DNA of 64,000 nucleotides from Moniliella sp. 'wahieum' (GCA_003971905.1 RSEE01000001.1:1116001-1180000), one strand, 5' to 3'. Positions 25,428 to 39,662 are shown, counted from the first letter of the stretch. Made by a program: numbers and translations. The notes: a model not told the origin generated them from the letters alone.

Positions 25428-27152
25428 TTAGAAGCCCATGCCACCCATGCCACCCATCCCACTCATCCCACCAGGCATTCCGCCCGCAGATGCCTTTTCC
25501 ACCGGTGCGTCTACAATGCACGCCTCCGAAGTGGTCAAGAGCGAAGCAACACCCGAAGCGTCTTGAAGCGAGGTGCGGATCACCTTGAGCGGGTCCAGAA
25601 TACCCGCCACCACCATATCCTTGAACTCGGACGTGGCAGCATCGTAGCCATACGCGAAGTCGTCCATATGCGACTCGAGGAGGCGGCCCACAACGACCGA
25701 GCCCTCCTCGCCAGCGTTCTCCACAATCTGCCGAGTGGGCCGGGTAAGCGCAGCCTTGACAATCGATACGCCCAGCTGTTGGTCAAAGTTGGTTGTCTTG
25801 ACCGCAGACAGAGCCTGAGTGGCCTTGAGCAGTGCCGTACCGCCACCAGGCACAATACCCTCTTCTACCCCGCTGCCCGGGTGGCATTCAAGGCATCGTC
25901 GTACCGATCCTTCTTCTCGCTTACCTCCACCTCGGAGGAACCACCAACCTTGATTACTGCCACACCGCCCGACAGCTTGGCCAGACGCTCTTGTAGCTTG
26001 GACTTGTCATAGTCAGAGCTGGCCTCCTGGATGGCAGAGCGGATCTGCTCGGCGCGATGGGCCAGCGCATCCTTGTCCCCAGCGCCATCTAGGAAAATTG
26101 TGTCCTCCTTGGAAACGGTAATCGAGCCAGCCTGGCCGAGCATGGCGGGCGGGCGCGCTCCAACTTGATGTCCAGCTCATCTGAGAAGACAGTGCCACCA
26201 GTGAGGATGGCTAGGTCACCCGAATCGACTTGCGGTTGTCACCAAAGCCAGGCGCCTTGACAGCACAAACCGCAGCTGGCCGCGCAACTTGTTGAGCACG
26301 CACGCCGCAAGCGCTTCCCCATCCACGTCCTCCGCCACAATCAAGAGGGGACGACGCAACTGTGCCGATGCTTCGAGTGCAGGCATGATGTCCGCCAAAG
26401 CCGAAATCTTGTTCTCCGAGAACAGAATCAGGGGCTTGTCCAGCTCCACCTTCTGCGTCTTGACGTCGGTGATAAAGTAAGGGGAAATATAGCCGCGGTC
26501 AAAGCGCATGCCTTCCGTAATGTCAATCTCATCCTCCAGGGTACGCCCCTCCTTGACAGTAATCACGCCTTCCTTACCCACCTTCTCCATCGCCGCAGCA
26601 ATCAGCTCGCCCACATGCTTGTCCCCATTGGCCGAGATGGTGGCGACCTGGGCAATCTCCTCGGACGTCGTGACGGGCTTCTTGTGAGCTTCCAAAAACT
26701 TGATGACGGCCTCCACCGCAGCCTGCGTACCACGCCGAAGGTCCATTGGGTTGCATCCCGCCGCCACATTCTTGACGCCTTCGGCATAGATCGCTCGAGC
26801 CAACACGGTAGCGGCAGTGGTGCCATCGCCAGCAGCCTCGTTGGTCTTGCTGGCTACGTCCTGCACCAATCTGGCGCCCAGGTTTTCAAACTTGTCCTTC
26901 AGCTCAATGGCCTTGGCTACGGTTACGCCGTTTTGGTAATCTTGGGGCCGCCAAACGGCTGCTCGATAATCACGTTGCGGCCCTTGGGGCCCATGGTGAC
27001 GCTGACTGCGTCAGCAAGCAGATTGACGCCCTGAAGCATCGCTGCGCGGCCAGGATTGCTGAAGAGCACATCCTTGTGCGGGCAAGGGGGGACGTGCTGA
27101 AGGCGCGCACGCCGCGCAGAGGAACCTTGGCAGCCGTGCGCAGGAGGGACAT
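25428..27152 (-). CDS. HSP60: Mitochondrial chaperonin Hsp60 (GroEL family), frameshifted
   Basis: Presequence [53 protein letters not shown]-repeat C-terminus. Confidence 0.97.
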
Positions 27153-27691
27153 GGCAACGTGGTGGAGAAAAGGGCAGAGAAGCCAGTGCGGTATGGGTGG
27201 AATATGCAAGCCAGAGTGGCTGAAGGGCCGTCGTCTGCAACAGCCCCGTGCAGGTGGCGGACCGTAGCGGAAGCGGAACGGGCGAGCGCCAGAGGGAGAG
27301 AGATGGCCCGTGCGGGGCAGGGCGGCTGAGTCTGAGCTGAGCCAGCCTGTGCGCTCGCCCAGCCCCAACAGCAAACGCCATGTCGACGGCCGCCGAAAAC
27401 AACCGAACGCGCCGATTCTTGGCCTTCGTCTCGAAATGGATGTCCCTAGTGCCTCCCACTCACGTAGGCCATCGCTGGCATGGGGCGCAATGCATAATGG
27501 GGGAAGAGCAGTAGCCTTCGGTGTGGAAACACGAAATATTCAATCACCCATCATCGCACATGCCTCATGCCTCGCAACCAATTTCATAATTGCCAGAACC
27601 TTGCCGTCCGTTGTTCGGCGTGCTTCCCTTCCCTCCTCGCCCCTTCCCCGGTTGTGTTGTCTCGTCCCACCACCTCCAGCACTCCTTCGCC

Positions 27692-28083
27692 ATGCCTCCA
27701 CGATCAAATCAGTCAAGAACATTGTTCCCCTGCTCGACCGCGTGTTGGTGCAGCGTTTCAAGCCCGAAACCAAGACCGCTTCGGGGCTGTTCCTCCCAGT
27801 TCTGCCACCCAATCTCCTCTCCCCGAGGCTCATGTTCTCGCCGCCGGTCCTGGTGCAGTCACGGCTGAGGGCAAGCTGATCCCTGTTAGCGTCAAGGCTG
27901 GTGACAAGGTCCTCCTCCCTGGCTGGGGCGGCAGCTCCATCAAGGTGGGCGACGAGGTACGTCTTCCCGGTCCGGCCGGGTCCTGCGTGCGTCCAGTTGT
28001 GGTTCTGACCCTCTGTCTTTTGGCTATCGCAGGAGTTCCTCCTTATCAAGGACAGCGAGATCCTTGCCAAGCTCAACGAGTAA
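27692..28083 (+). CDS. HSP10: Mitochondrial co-chaperonin Hsp10 (GroES family); intron 27957-28032
   Basis: STIKSVKNIVPLLDRVLVQRFKPETKTASGLFLP..VKAGDKVLLPGWGG..GDE/EFLLIKDSEILAKLNE*. Confidence 0.95.
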
Positions 28084-28246
28084 TGCACATTCTGAAATTC
28101 GTCATTCTGATTTTACTCTGGGGGTCGGCCATTCGTTCCACCTCTGTTCTACCGCACCACTCCCTCATCCCACGGCCTTGGTTGGGGCCGTGGCCAATCG
28201 ACACGTTAAAACCATATCTACTGTACGCAATGTATTGAACGAGAAG

Positions 28247-28840
28247 CTAGAGCAACTTGAGGTGTCGTGTGATGGCATCCACTTGGGAGACAGGTGCCGG
28301 TCCAATCGCCAGCACCGTGCGGGACCCCGGCGTGACCTGGGTGCGGCCAGCATCTTGAATGGCCTTGGCCGAAATGCCCTGGGCCCGGGCATTTCATCAC
28401 TTGGTCAAACACTTCTTCCGATGGGGCCTTGACCACGACCTTGGCCTGACCCCGCCTCTCCCATTGACGGAGAAGGTCGGGTTGTTTGGCCAGCATGTAT
28501 TTGTACGCGGCCAAAGTCGCGTGGCCACACTGGGCGGCAATTTTGCCTTTGTCCATCTTGAGGTCTTGCCTGACCACTAGGACTAGCTTGCACTCTCCTT
28601 GGTTCGAGGTGTGTTGAGATTCTTCTCGCCTTCCTCCTCATCGGAAGTGTAGTCACTGTCGTCACTATCGTTGGAGTGGCCTCGGCTGGAAAAAGGGTAG
28701 CCCATTCCAAGGTAAAAGCCAATTACCAGTGACGACACTCCAACCGCGAGAAGTGTCGGGGCTGAGAGGGAGTCAGTGGTGTGCTTGGCAAGGGAGACGG
28801 GCAAAGACGTACCACTTGCCCAGGAGGGGTTGGCGCTCAT
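28247..28840 (-). CDS. PTH2: Peptidyl-tRNA hydrolase 2
   Basis: N-terminal TM segment; [33 protein letters not shown]; ends TRHLKLL*. Confidence 0.93.
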
Positions 28841-29495
28841 GCTGATGTGCGCGACGTTGCCGCGGGCGGTGAGAGCAGATTGTCGCTTAAAGGACGACCA
28901 AGAAAAGTTGGGTTCCGCCGAGTACCGACGTTGCACATATCGCTGATTCCGCCGTGCTGGGGGCACCATCATGCATCACACATCACATGGCCATTGCGCT
29001 CATCCATGTCATCATCTATCAGCATCATCCATCATGCTCCGGCTGCTAGCTTGGCCCCGGCAGCAGCAGTGAGAGGTTGGGTTTTGGCTTGTCATATCGT
29101 CAGGTTGCTGTGTTACTGATGTACATCGACTGCGAGGAGAAAGCCGGGCTCCCAATTGTACTCCAAGGAGAATGGGAGTCCTGCACGAGCATCATGTGTA
29201 TGAGCCAACACACAGAGCCTCTTGTGTAAGGCACGCCTACCTATATAGCCACAATCCCGCAACACAATGTCCATTACTACGTGTGCGGTGTGCTGGCCGT
29301 CAAATCCTTTTGATGCCCCTGGCGCGCACAGGTTATTTGGGATGATTGTGTTATCCCGGCAGGAAGGAAAAGCCGAATAGTTCTGCCACAATAGTAACAG
29401 TGACGCCAAAGGATATGCGGGTACACACAAAAAGGGTGAGCCACCGCCAATAACGGACCAGCAAAAGCACAGATGCGACAAACAACCGTAGTACG

Positions 29496-32400
29496 TCACG
29501 CAAAATGGAAGAAGGGGAGAAGCAAATAGTCAAGGGGAGAATTTAGGGGATGAGATGGGTGGTGACATAGCGCATCCGAGAGATTAGTCCCATCCGTGGC
29601 GTCCGTCTGGTCTGTCGTTTCAGTGTCGTCCGAGTTACGGCGGGAGCGTTTGTGTTGCTGAATCCGCACATAGAGCAATTGGGCGTCTTGTTCTTGTGCA
29701 CCAAAATAGACAGTGTCGCCTTCAATTTGTCCCCTGTCTGTTGGACCCAAATCGTCCACGCGCAGCGTATGCGCAGCAAGCTTAGCAATCGCCTCGTCGT
29801 AGTCCATGTGCTTGGTGAGCGCGCGTCGGGGAAGGGGGGCCAACGCATGTCGAGCATCGAGGTTGATCGAAAGGATATTGTCGCTGTGAGCACCCTCTGA
29901 GACAGTGATAACCATTGACCTTTCTGTCGCTTTTCTGCTGAACGCATCGAGCTCATCGATTCCATACCAGAGGCCGAGGAGGGGACTTTTTGCAGCCGCA
30001 AGAAGAGAAGAGAGAGAGGCCCTCCGGTTGTGCCCCAAGTAAGGCGTGGTGACGGGGGGTGAATTGCTGCTCTCACCGCAACGTTCGGAACTATTACACA
30101 GCAGTGGTCCTGATAGGCGTCGTGCCTCGCACGCCAAACTGTTACCGCCCAATGACGACGCAGCAGAGCGGCGGTTGCCGCCTCGAGTCAGGCACTGGCA
30201 CGGGCAACGTCTCCGGAACAGAGATTAGGAACCCGTTCGTACACCTCAAAGGTGATGGAGGAAAAGTAGTCGAGGGTGGAGTGCGCGGCATAACAATTGG
30301 CAGGTCCGAGGTGTAGATCAAATTGAGCAGGGTATGCATGTGGCTTTCTTTGGTAAAGTACAAACAGCCATTCCTTGATTGGTCTCCACCCCCTCAGCGC
30401 CACGAAAGTCAGAGATAATGTTGTTAAGGAGCGGCATTGACGTCAACAGCCCAATCTGCTCCTTCTCCATGAAGGTCATGCCATACTCGCGCGACAAACA
30501 TAGTTGTATAACCCCAATGTCTTGTAGTACAACTCAAATAATGCCTTGAGGCCCCTGCAATGCCTCCGTGGTTGCTTGTGCTTGTTATCCAACATCGTCC
30601 TGCCACCTCTCTTGCTGTTCGAGACCGGGCTCGTCCCCGTCAGACGCTGCCCGATCCGGCTCACCTTGGACGTAATCGAATCAATGGCAGCTCCTTCTCC
30701 TGTTGACACGGATACCTCAACCTCGGGATCGGCGAAGATCCTCTCAAGAAAGGTACGGTTGTGCAGCCCATCATGGTCAGCATGTCGTACAGTTCCGATA
30801 CACGCGATGGATCATGAGGGTCATTTTCATAATCATTGAAAAGCTTCTCCCAACGCTCACGGAAAAGAGCAGGCGTCTCATGCGTACACCACCGACGCTG
30901 AATAGTATTCACATCCAACCGTGCATAGTTGGCTGCCATTGTCTTGCGGAGATGTCGCAGGAGAGCAACCAATTGTAAACCCAGTTCCCTAGGGGGAGAC
31001 AATCGTCCGGCCAGTCGTCGGGAGCGGGCTGGTCGGGACGAAGAGCGGACTTAAGCCGTTTCTTGACTTTGTCCATCAGGTCTTTGGCTGCATTGCTATC
31101 GTCCAGCAAGTCCTTTCGTACCATCATATGAATCGGATCGGCACTTTGGAGCGGCTCACCGTTGAAACCATTGTAGACCACCCTGCTCCTCGTGGACTAG
31201 GACTGTACGTCGGTTTGCCCGCATTGTGTTCTCCCCAGCAAGGCCGCAGTAAACGTCTCGGCACTTGCCGCTACTCGCGTTCGGACGAAGTGTAGACCTA
31301 TAGATCCAGTCAGTGGTCAATAGGACTCAACGCAGGCAGAAGGGCGTCCGTGCAGTTGCGCAACGTGGATGAATTCATCAATAGCAAATCGCGGCGCATG
31401 TTGAGCCCGTACTCTTTAGCCTGGTGCCGCGCAGCATGGGAGAACTCGCCACCCCACTTGATCACGAGGGTCATTTTCTCTAGTTCATCTGTCTCCTTGT
31501 TGAATGACGGCTTCATTTGAATCTTGGTCCCAGTAGCATCCTTCTTCCGCTGAATCACGTCCATAATTAGTGATAAGTCCTCCTTAGCACCCGGATGGGC
31601 GGCAGTCTCCCGTGCGGCCTCGATACCATCTCAAATTGGAACGGAGAATGATTTCCTCCTCTTTTGTCCGTGCAAGAGACGGATCATCGGCGCAGTCCAA
31701 TTATCGATGACCTTAAAGGTGCGCTTGAGCTTCTGCTTAGGAGTTCGGTCGCCATGCCGCAATACAGTCACATTAGACCGCAGTTTCCACCCTGGCTGCT
31801 CGCCCGAGATCATCGAGCTGGCCAGGTCTGGGCCGAAGGAAGGGGCGTCATGGTTAGCCCTGCGGCAATTGCCGCAGGCCGCACGCATGTGCTGTCCTTT
31901 GCTCGAGGTAATGCGGAGGAATTTGGATATGATCTCAGCAGCACGATCATAGTAGTAATCGTTACCTTTGACGAAAGACCAGCCGTTGACATCAATCACG
32001 TAGCTTTTCTTACCCACCCGCAACATATCAAATCCACACACATTCTGTTTGAACGCACGGCTAATCGTGGTGGCCATCTGTTTTTCAGCATTGTGAGTTG
32101 GGTAATGTACCGGATCTCCTTGCCCTCGGGTTGCGTTTCACTAGTCCATCCACACCGGCGACTTGCGCGTCTCGGCATGAACAAATTGGGATCCAAACGT
32201 GTAAACCTTGATGTCCTCCGCATTGTCCACGTCCATAACTCCTCGTAAATGTAGGACCCAGACTGACGCGGATGAACAAGGTTGGATCATACTCAGACGA
32301 CTTGTTGCCCACTTTGCGGAAGAGCCGCCTTCCCCCACCGCCTTGAGATTTAGGTAGGTAGATATGAATGTTGTGGTCTTCACCGCTAACTGGCTTCTCG

Positions 32401-32997
32401 AGAAACGGCTTGCGAATCTCCCGGCGATGCACGCCTTCGCCCACAACCACACGTCTTCGTCATCCTCTTGATATAGGCCACTTGAGGCGGCAGGTTTCTG
32501 CGTTTGTCAACCGGAATTCCAATCGTGCTCTGCAGATGGGTTGCGACGTGTGGTCAAGGTTGTTGTACGGACCCCCATCGCGAGAGGCTTCGAGACGGAA
32601 GGGTGTGGGGACCCCTACGGCATCGAGAATGGCAACACTAGACGGCGGTCCCACAGTACCTTTTGGAGATACAGGTCATTGATGAGAACGGTTTGCGCAG
32701 GTCGGCATAGGCAATGGCCTTATCCAGGGGGAAGCCTGCCGAAAAGAAGGAGATGAGCACGTCGACAACAGGCCAGGCAGTGGGTGGCTCGTCAACCAAG
32801 ACCTTGTCGCCAAAGGTGATGATTTGGACGGTGAGTTCCTTGTTGGCGAGGAGACGGTTGAGAATGCTCTGCATGGGCTTGGACCGCGCCTTGCGGTCCA
32901 TGGCGGCAATGCCCAGCAGAATGGCACGCCCCATGGCATGCAATGAGCGACGGGGGTTGGTCGAAGCGTAATGGTGGTGTGATGGTGTAAAGCCCAT
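29496..32997 (-). CDS. VIP1: Inositol pyrophosphate kinase/phosphatase Vip1/Asp1 (PPIP5K), frameshifted; ends approximate
   Basis: [105 protein letters not shown]. Confidence 0.95.
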
Positions 32998-33977
32998 GGC
33001 GGTCGTGCGCGTCTTCTGGACTGACGGCCGCGTCAGGCCAGGCCTCAGACCCCACGCCAGGAGTCCACTGGTATGGATCCTCCTGTCCTCCGCCTGCGCC
33101 GCTCCCGTACACGTGCGTACACGGCTGAATGAATGAATTTTGAATCAAGCTTCGGGCTTGAGGAGGCTTGAAGCTTAACGCTTGACGGGCCGCGCAGCAG
33201 CCGACCACATAGTGAACTTTCAAGCTGGCTTGGGCCCTCTACTTAATCCTTACATCAGCACCCCCGCGTTTGCACGGTCCCATTGGTCTTGGCTCTCTCG
33301 GGAGGACTGGTGCAGCCCACTACCCTCTGTCTCCGCTCTGATCTCAGATCTTCTTCTCTCGCGTATGCCGCACCGCCTGTCCCCTGCAGCCTCAAACTAA
33401 TCAGGATGCGTTTTCATCGCCCTTGTTGAACCACGGAGAGAGTATCCCATTGCATCCCTGTATATACTTCCGCCTCCTGCATCTGCCAAAAATCATGAGA
33501 AAATCACTTCGCTGTTTTGTGCATGATGGCCCCATTGGTCGGGGCAGGCAAGGTGCTGATGTTATTGAGGGGCCAAACATCCATAAGCTCGTTGTGGTGT
33601 GGCTAATGCTTAGCGCTTATGGGTATTAGTGCAGTCTTCCCCCCACTGCTATCTGTATGTGGCGCTGTCCATGAGTGGCACTATATACAAAAGCGCCTCA
33701 GCGTCTGAGCCCCTGAGAACAAAGAGCCTGCAGATGAGCCCCTAGGCATCATGCATTGCCCTACGGATGACTGCGAGTGCGGGGCTCTTGATATCGTCTG
33801 CCGCTCATGCATATCAAGGTTGAGTTTACGTTCAACGCCGATATACGGTCTCGCACGTTGGTCCACCGAGATGCGGTGACATTGTGAATAACGTGTGTGT
33901 AAAACCGCCCCACTGCAGCCACCTCCCCACCACCACCTCCCTCCCATCTTCCCTCCCCATCGTCCTACACCAGCACC

Positions 33978-34381
33978 ATGTCCCAGTCTTTACGCTGCCG
34001 AAGTCCACACGACAACACGGCGACTCGGTGGGTCGTAATTGACGGCCAAGTTTTGACGTCACCTCTTTCCTTGCAACGTACGCCCCCTCCCCCACAGACT
34101 CTAACGTACTCAGTACTCACTTTAGCACTGACTATCACGGCGATCGTTAACCCCCTATACACATGCATAGCATCCGGGTGGCCGCGACATCCTCCTCAAC
34201 AACGCCTCTAAGGATGTGAGTGAGCTGTTCTGGAACTACCATTCGGACAAGATCTTTGCAGGCCAGGCGGCCAAACTCAAGATTGGCCAAGGTATGTCCT
34301 GATTGTGGCTAAGCGTACCACAGAATCTGACCCCCTTCCCTCCCCCCACCCTTCTTCAGTGAAGCGGGTGCCAAGATCTAA
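33978..34381 (+). CDS. Small soluble cytochrome b5-like heme-binding protein; introns 34078-34170 and 34292-34359
   Basis: WVVIDGQV(F)DVTSFL / HPGGRDILLNNASKDVSELFWNYH..LKIG with both heme-ligating His; not captured intact by the ORF track. Confidence 0.88.
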
Positions 34382-37300
34382 CCTACACCCCACATATCCT
34401 GCCTGTGTATAACCCTCCCTCGAACCCCCATTGCGGTGCGGTCCTGCTCCATATTTTCGACCAATCCCTGTTCTCGATTCAGGGTAAATTGACCAAGCCT
34501 GGACCCCGCTTTCCCTTGCCCCTCGTTGGGCCCATTCCTGTTGATTCCCTCTGGTGATTACCTGCTGTGACGACCCTTACGTGTCATAATGAAGAGACGA
34601 TGTTTGACGGACTCCAATAGCGAAGAGGTGTTCTATAAGTAGCTTTGGCCATTTTCGCATTGTAACACAGCCAGATTGGGGAAGCGGGTCGATAAATACG
34701 GCCACAGTTAATGCGTTGCGGAGTACTATAGAGTATGCAACAGGTGGTGCCCTACCGTGAATGGATTGCGAGGTGAAAAAAAACAAAAGAAGACCAGTGA
34801 ACCCCTCAAACGGAGCGAAGATTATAGGGAAGAGATGACGCTGGATCCTGGGAATTGACGCTATCAGTTACGGAGAGCTGCGTTGAATCTGAGAAATGGC
34901 CTGATCCAGGCTAAGACCCGCCTGGTATACATACCCAGGAGAGCGCGCGCTCCGAAGTCCAACCACGTTTGATGATGGTCGGTTTAAACGATGTACATGG
35001 TGGCCCGAGTGGCCAACACGCATATCCCACAGCGACAATAGCCCCCCCCACCGCTCAGGTCAAGCCGGTTGGCCTAAATGAGAGCACCAAGTTTCCGATA
35101 TCTTTGCGACGATCGTCGCCCCGTCACCGCTTACTTTTCCTTTCTCTGTTGCGCCTGTGGTAATCAACCCCTCTTTTGACATGTGTCTTCCTTTCTGCAC
35201 CTGCATCCTTTTCCTTTTTAGATTAGTCTGTACCCCTGTTTGGTGGGGATCGCTTCCCCACCTTCCATTCTCGTATCTTCCCATTTCCTATCCAACTCCT
35301 GACCGTTTCCAGCTAATCGATGCAGTACAGGCATCGTCTCCACTTAGTTGCCTCCCCGTCTCAAGCTCGTCTCCCAGCTTTCAATCTGCCAAAAGTCGCA
35401 CAAGCCTTGCTTCAGAGTGTAGAGTCCCCGTACCAGCTTCTCCTGTGGGTTTCTTTCCAACCACGTCGTCAGCCATCCTGTTCAGTCCCTGCTCTGGCCG
35501 TATTTGTCCTCCACTGCCTCTACCCGTCCCCAACCCTCGGAAGGTTCAGATTACGCTACTACAGCGCAATGTGGTGGTTACGGCCTTGCCACACGTGCAG
35601 CCGCTCGGCTTCACACCGAAAGGCCTCTTATCGTCCCTAGCTCCGCTCGGATCCACCAACTAGCCCAAGCCTGAAACTACCGTGAGCCTTCTTCCGTCTC
35701 CTATAGGGGATTGTACCCCCCAAACCTGGCTGAGCCCCTGGCAGGGCTTTTGCCCGTGACATATATACATCCGGATGGATATGAAATTCTGCGGATGCAG
35801 GAGGATGTGAACTCATGCCGTCATATGGGTAGACCCCAGGCTGGAGCCCAAGACCATCATTTAGGTGTGCTTTCCCTTAATTGGCGGAACGGAACAGAGA
35901 CCGCTAACGGTTAATCGATCCTGAAAACAAGCGGCGCATTCAACGGAACGAGAGACGAGGCGAGAGCGGCCTCCTATTCGGGACGGCAGTTGGCAGAGCG
36001 TGCAAGGCGACGTATGCGTCAGAACAAGCAAAAAAGATCAGCGTTCCTATAGTTCGTGGTCCTATCGAGGGTTGTCCTGCGGGCAGGCGACGACAGAGCA
36101 GACACCAAGTCCTGTCTCTGGAACAATTCAAGTCTTGTATAGGATTGCAGTAGGATCAGCACGATGGATGAAGGGCCATACAGGACAGGATCTATAAGGA
36201 ATGGACAGCACAACGAAGAAAGGGATTTAAGAAGCAATACCAATACCAATGGACCTCACAAGGGAGCACAAACCAAGTGGGGAAAGGTGTTACACTAAGC
36301 CACAACATCCGCCAGAACGGTCCAAACAAAAAGGCCCAAAATAAGGGCAGGTTCTCTGCCCGCAGAGCCAGGAAAGCGAGGGGTGGGGATCTTGCTACGA
36401 AAACGAGACGCGCACCACACCAGAATTACTATTATGACTTCCAAGGTTCTGATGTCCATAACTGAGAGCTACACTGACGCTGGATCGTCTTGGACGTATG
36501 TGAAGAGAATCAACCCTACAAGTTTTGCATAGACCGAAGGGAACAACATGATGCTCCATTTAGACGTAATATGGAGCCCATGGGCTTGTTTAACGTTTAG
36601 ACAAGCCGGCCTGGTCTTGACACTATAGACACAACCCACAGACAAAAAAATGTATCAAGGGGAGCAAATCAGCTCAGCCCTCTCTGTTCTGCCCTCCGCC
36701 GAGACACCCTATGTGGGTCCTCGAGGGTAGGAATAAGAAAGGGCCACATATTTCGGATGTTCATGGATTTTTCTTTTTGGCTGGAGGAGTGGGCTGACCG
36801 TCAGCGCGTCAGCACTTCTACTGGTATTTGTGCAGTCCATGAGCATAATGGTGCGGTATGGGATCAATACCGTATCACGCCAACCACACTTCAGTTGTCC
36901 TTCTAATAGAAGCCCTGCACCGCTGTGGGGTGCGATAGGGACCTGTTTGGTTTGAGCTACCGAGGTCACTAATAAACGAACCCAGGGGGCCACAGGCCAT
37001 CCCCTTCGTGTCCTTCTCTCCTGTATATATATAGGGAATACAAGAGAGGTCGAGGTGCATTTTTTTTATAATCTATAACCTCTCGCTATTATCAGACGAA
37101 GCACATGTGCACGACCTCACAGCGCCTCCACGTAATATGCACACATATTATCTTACTTCCGTGGGGGGGGGGCTGCATATGCCCACGGCGTTCACTTTAA
37201 CGCGGAGATAACTCGTCGCAAATGCTGGTTTGCCCCTCTCTCATTGCAGCAAAAACATCATCGTACATGGTCCACTTCTTCAAAGCGGGCATATTATCAG

Positions 37301-38224
37301 CCACGATTTATAAGCTTACCATTGTGAACCTATAGAACGTCCTTGCAGCAGTGCTCTCACCCACATTTACGGCCATAATGCATGATTAACATGCACTCGC
37401 ATCTCTACACGACGGAGAAACTTGTCCCCCGCCGTTCATTATCATCCACATCAGATAAGCGCTAATGAGCAAGGCAGCGGCAGTGTCATATATATATAAG
37501 CTCGCTTGCCACAGTATACTGAGGAGAATGTAAGCAATCGTTTATGGGAGGAAGCAAGGGCAGAGGACATGGTGCAAAGCAGAGGAACAGAAAGGAAGAG
37601 AGAGACACGCTCAACGGGAGAAGAAATTGGAAAGGGGGCGAGATCAGGATCGATCGATCAGCCACAAGGAAAAAAAAGAGGGGAAATACATTGAGGAGCC
37701 CAAATAATGTAAGACACTCTCTGCCTTTATCGTGAAACAAAATAATACAAGTGTGCTTTTGTTACGAAAAAGTCCCTTCCGCAGTGCTACACGTCAACGC
37801 CAACGTCGTCCGCGTCAACGCGTCGTGCTTGACCGCGTCACCGTTCCTGCGACATACATCATGGGGGTTTTCCTCGATATCGATAAAAAAAAACGTTTTA
37901 CAAACGTTTTACAAACGTTAAACGTTAAACGTTACGCGTAAGCGTACGTAAATACCTTGCTGCCAAGCCGAGCACACCTTAGCTTCAATGACCATGTGGT
38001 TTTCTGGATCCCAGGGAGGGTGTATCAGTGTGGGGGATGTGAAGAAAGGTAAAAGTGTCTCTCGTTTCCGTCAACACGTATGTTACAGCCTGACAGTTCA
38101 TCAGCCGAAGCTGCCACCGACTCCCTGCACAACATTATACGTCAAATAACATGTCAGCTGTTGAACGTTGATCTCAGGTCTCACACCACCAGCACACTCA
38201 GCGGCTGTTGGCTTCAAGCATTGT

Positions 38225-38286
38225 CAAACTTCAAGCTAGCTTCAAGCTTCAAGCGTCAAGCTTCAAGCTTCAAGCTTCAAGCTTCA
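38225..38286. repeat. (TCAAGCT)n 7-bp tandem array of palindromic AAGCTT
   Basis: About 8 imperfect copies read directly. Confidence 0.9.
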
Positions 38287-39662
38287 TAGCATAGGATTCA
38301 TATGTTAGTAACATACGTGCAGTACTAAGCGCTAATATATGCCGTCAAGACAGTAACGGCCAACAAAATAATTCGAGAGCACACTGGATAGCTCACTGGG
38401 GTACTCATGGATCATCACTGGGAAAAAAACACATATACGTCTCTTCTTCCACACTCATTCGTATCCCCTCGTGCTACACCCTGTGCTACATCACCTGTGT
38501 GGCCTGGCTCTGCCACTCAGTGGCTCGCGGCCTTGACCCCATGAGCGGCTGTGAATGTGAATGTGAATGTGAGCGCTGGAGCGAAGCTATTAATAACATG
38601 CAGGCGCAGCGTTTCTCTGTCCCAGCCTCCAGCGCTAATAAGCGCTATTAGACTTTGCAACTGATATGAATTGAAAGTCTTTGGATTCTCCGTCAGCGCG
38701 TCAGCGTCAGATCCGTCAAACGCGTCGCAATCTCAGAATCTTAGAGAAAAAACGAGAATCAATATTGTGTGGCACCAAGAAAGCTTAAAGAACAAAAGGC
38801 TGTTTCTCGCTTCTCATCTGCATCGATTGATCATGTTGATCGATGGTCGGTGGTGCTGGAGGTAGTGCTATAGTAGGGTTTCTCTGCACGGCCCTTAATT
38901 GGTCGGTGACGCGGTGATGCTCGCCTCTATGCAGCTGGACGGAAGGATTCCGCTCGCACGTTGCGCACCCCTGCGCGCACTATCACCCTTCAAGCTTCAA
39001 ACTACACTGCACCAGTGTGGTGCCACACAGAGGTTTCGATCTGCGGCCTCATGCACCTCATGCATCATGCATCTGCATCATGATCATGGCCCTCGGGCTC
39101 AGAACTTCATGTGCCACGGATCAGGTACGCATGTCCCTGCCGATTATCGATTGCGCATAAAATGAAAGACTTAAGTGTTGACTATAGTGGCAAGTCTTCT
39201 GCTGCCGTTTGTATATGTTTTGGCGGCTGGCTGACTCTCATTTTCTCTGTCGCGTTTGGCGTCCCGGTGGCAGCTGTCACATGTCACATGTCACACGTCA
39301 CAAAAGTCAGACAGAGCCAGAGGAAGATGAAACATCAGATCTCAGAGAGGCTGCCAGCCTGCCATAGAGCCTGCCCCAAACACGTGTTCTTTTTCTTCTT
39401 AGAAAGCTCACAAGCTTCAAGCTTCAAGATGCTCGGCATGATCGTAGGGTTTAACCGCAACGTGCTTAAATCGGCAACTGTCGGGCCGGCTATAAGCTTT
39501 TTATAAGCGGTAACTAATATCTGACGGCAAAAGATATTATGCGGTACTCCGCTTTTGTAACGCGGTAAAAACATGTAACAGGTAACATGTATAACACTAT
39601 GGGGACGGGATGACGTGTGGCCATTTCATTCTGAATTTAGCATTCGCAGATCTTTGAGACAG

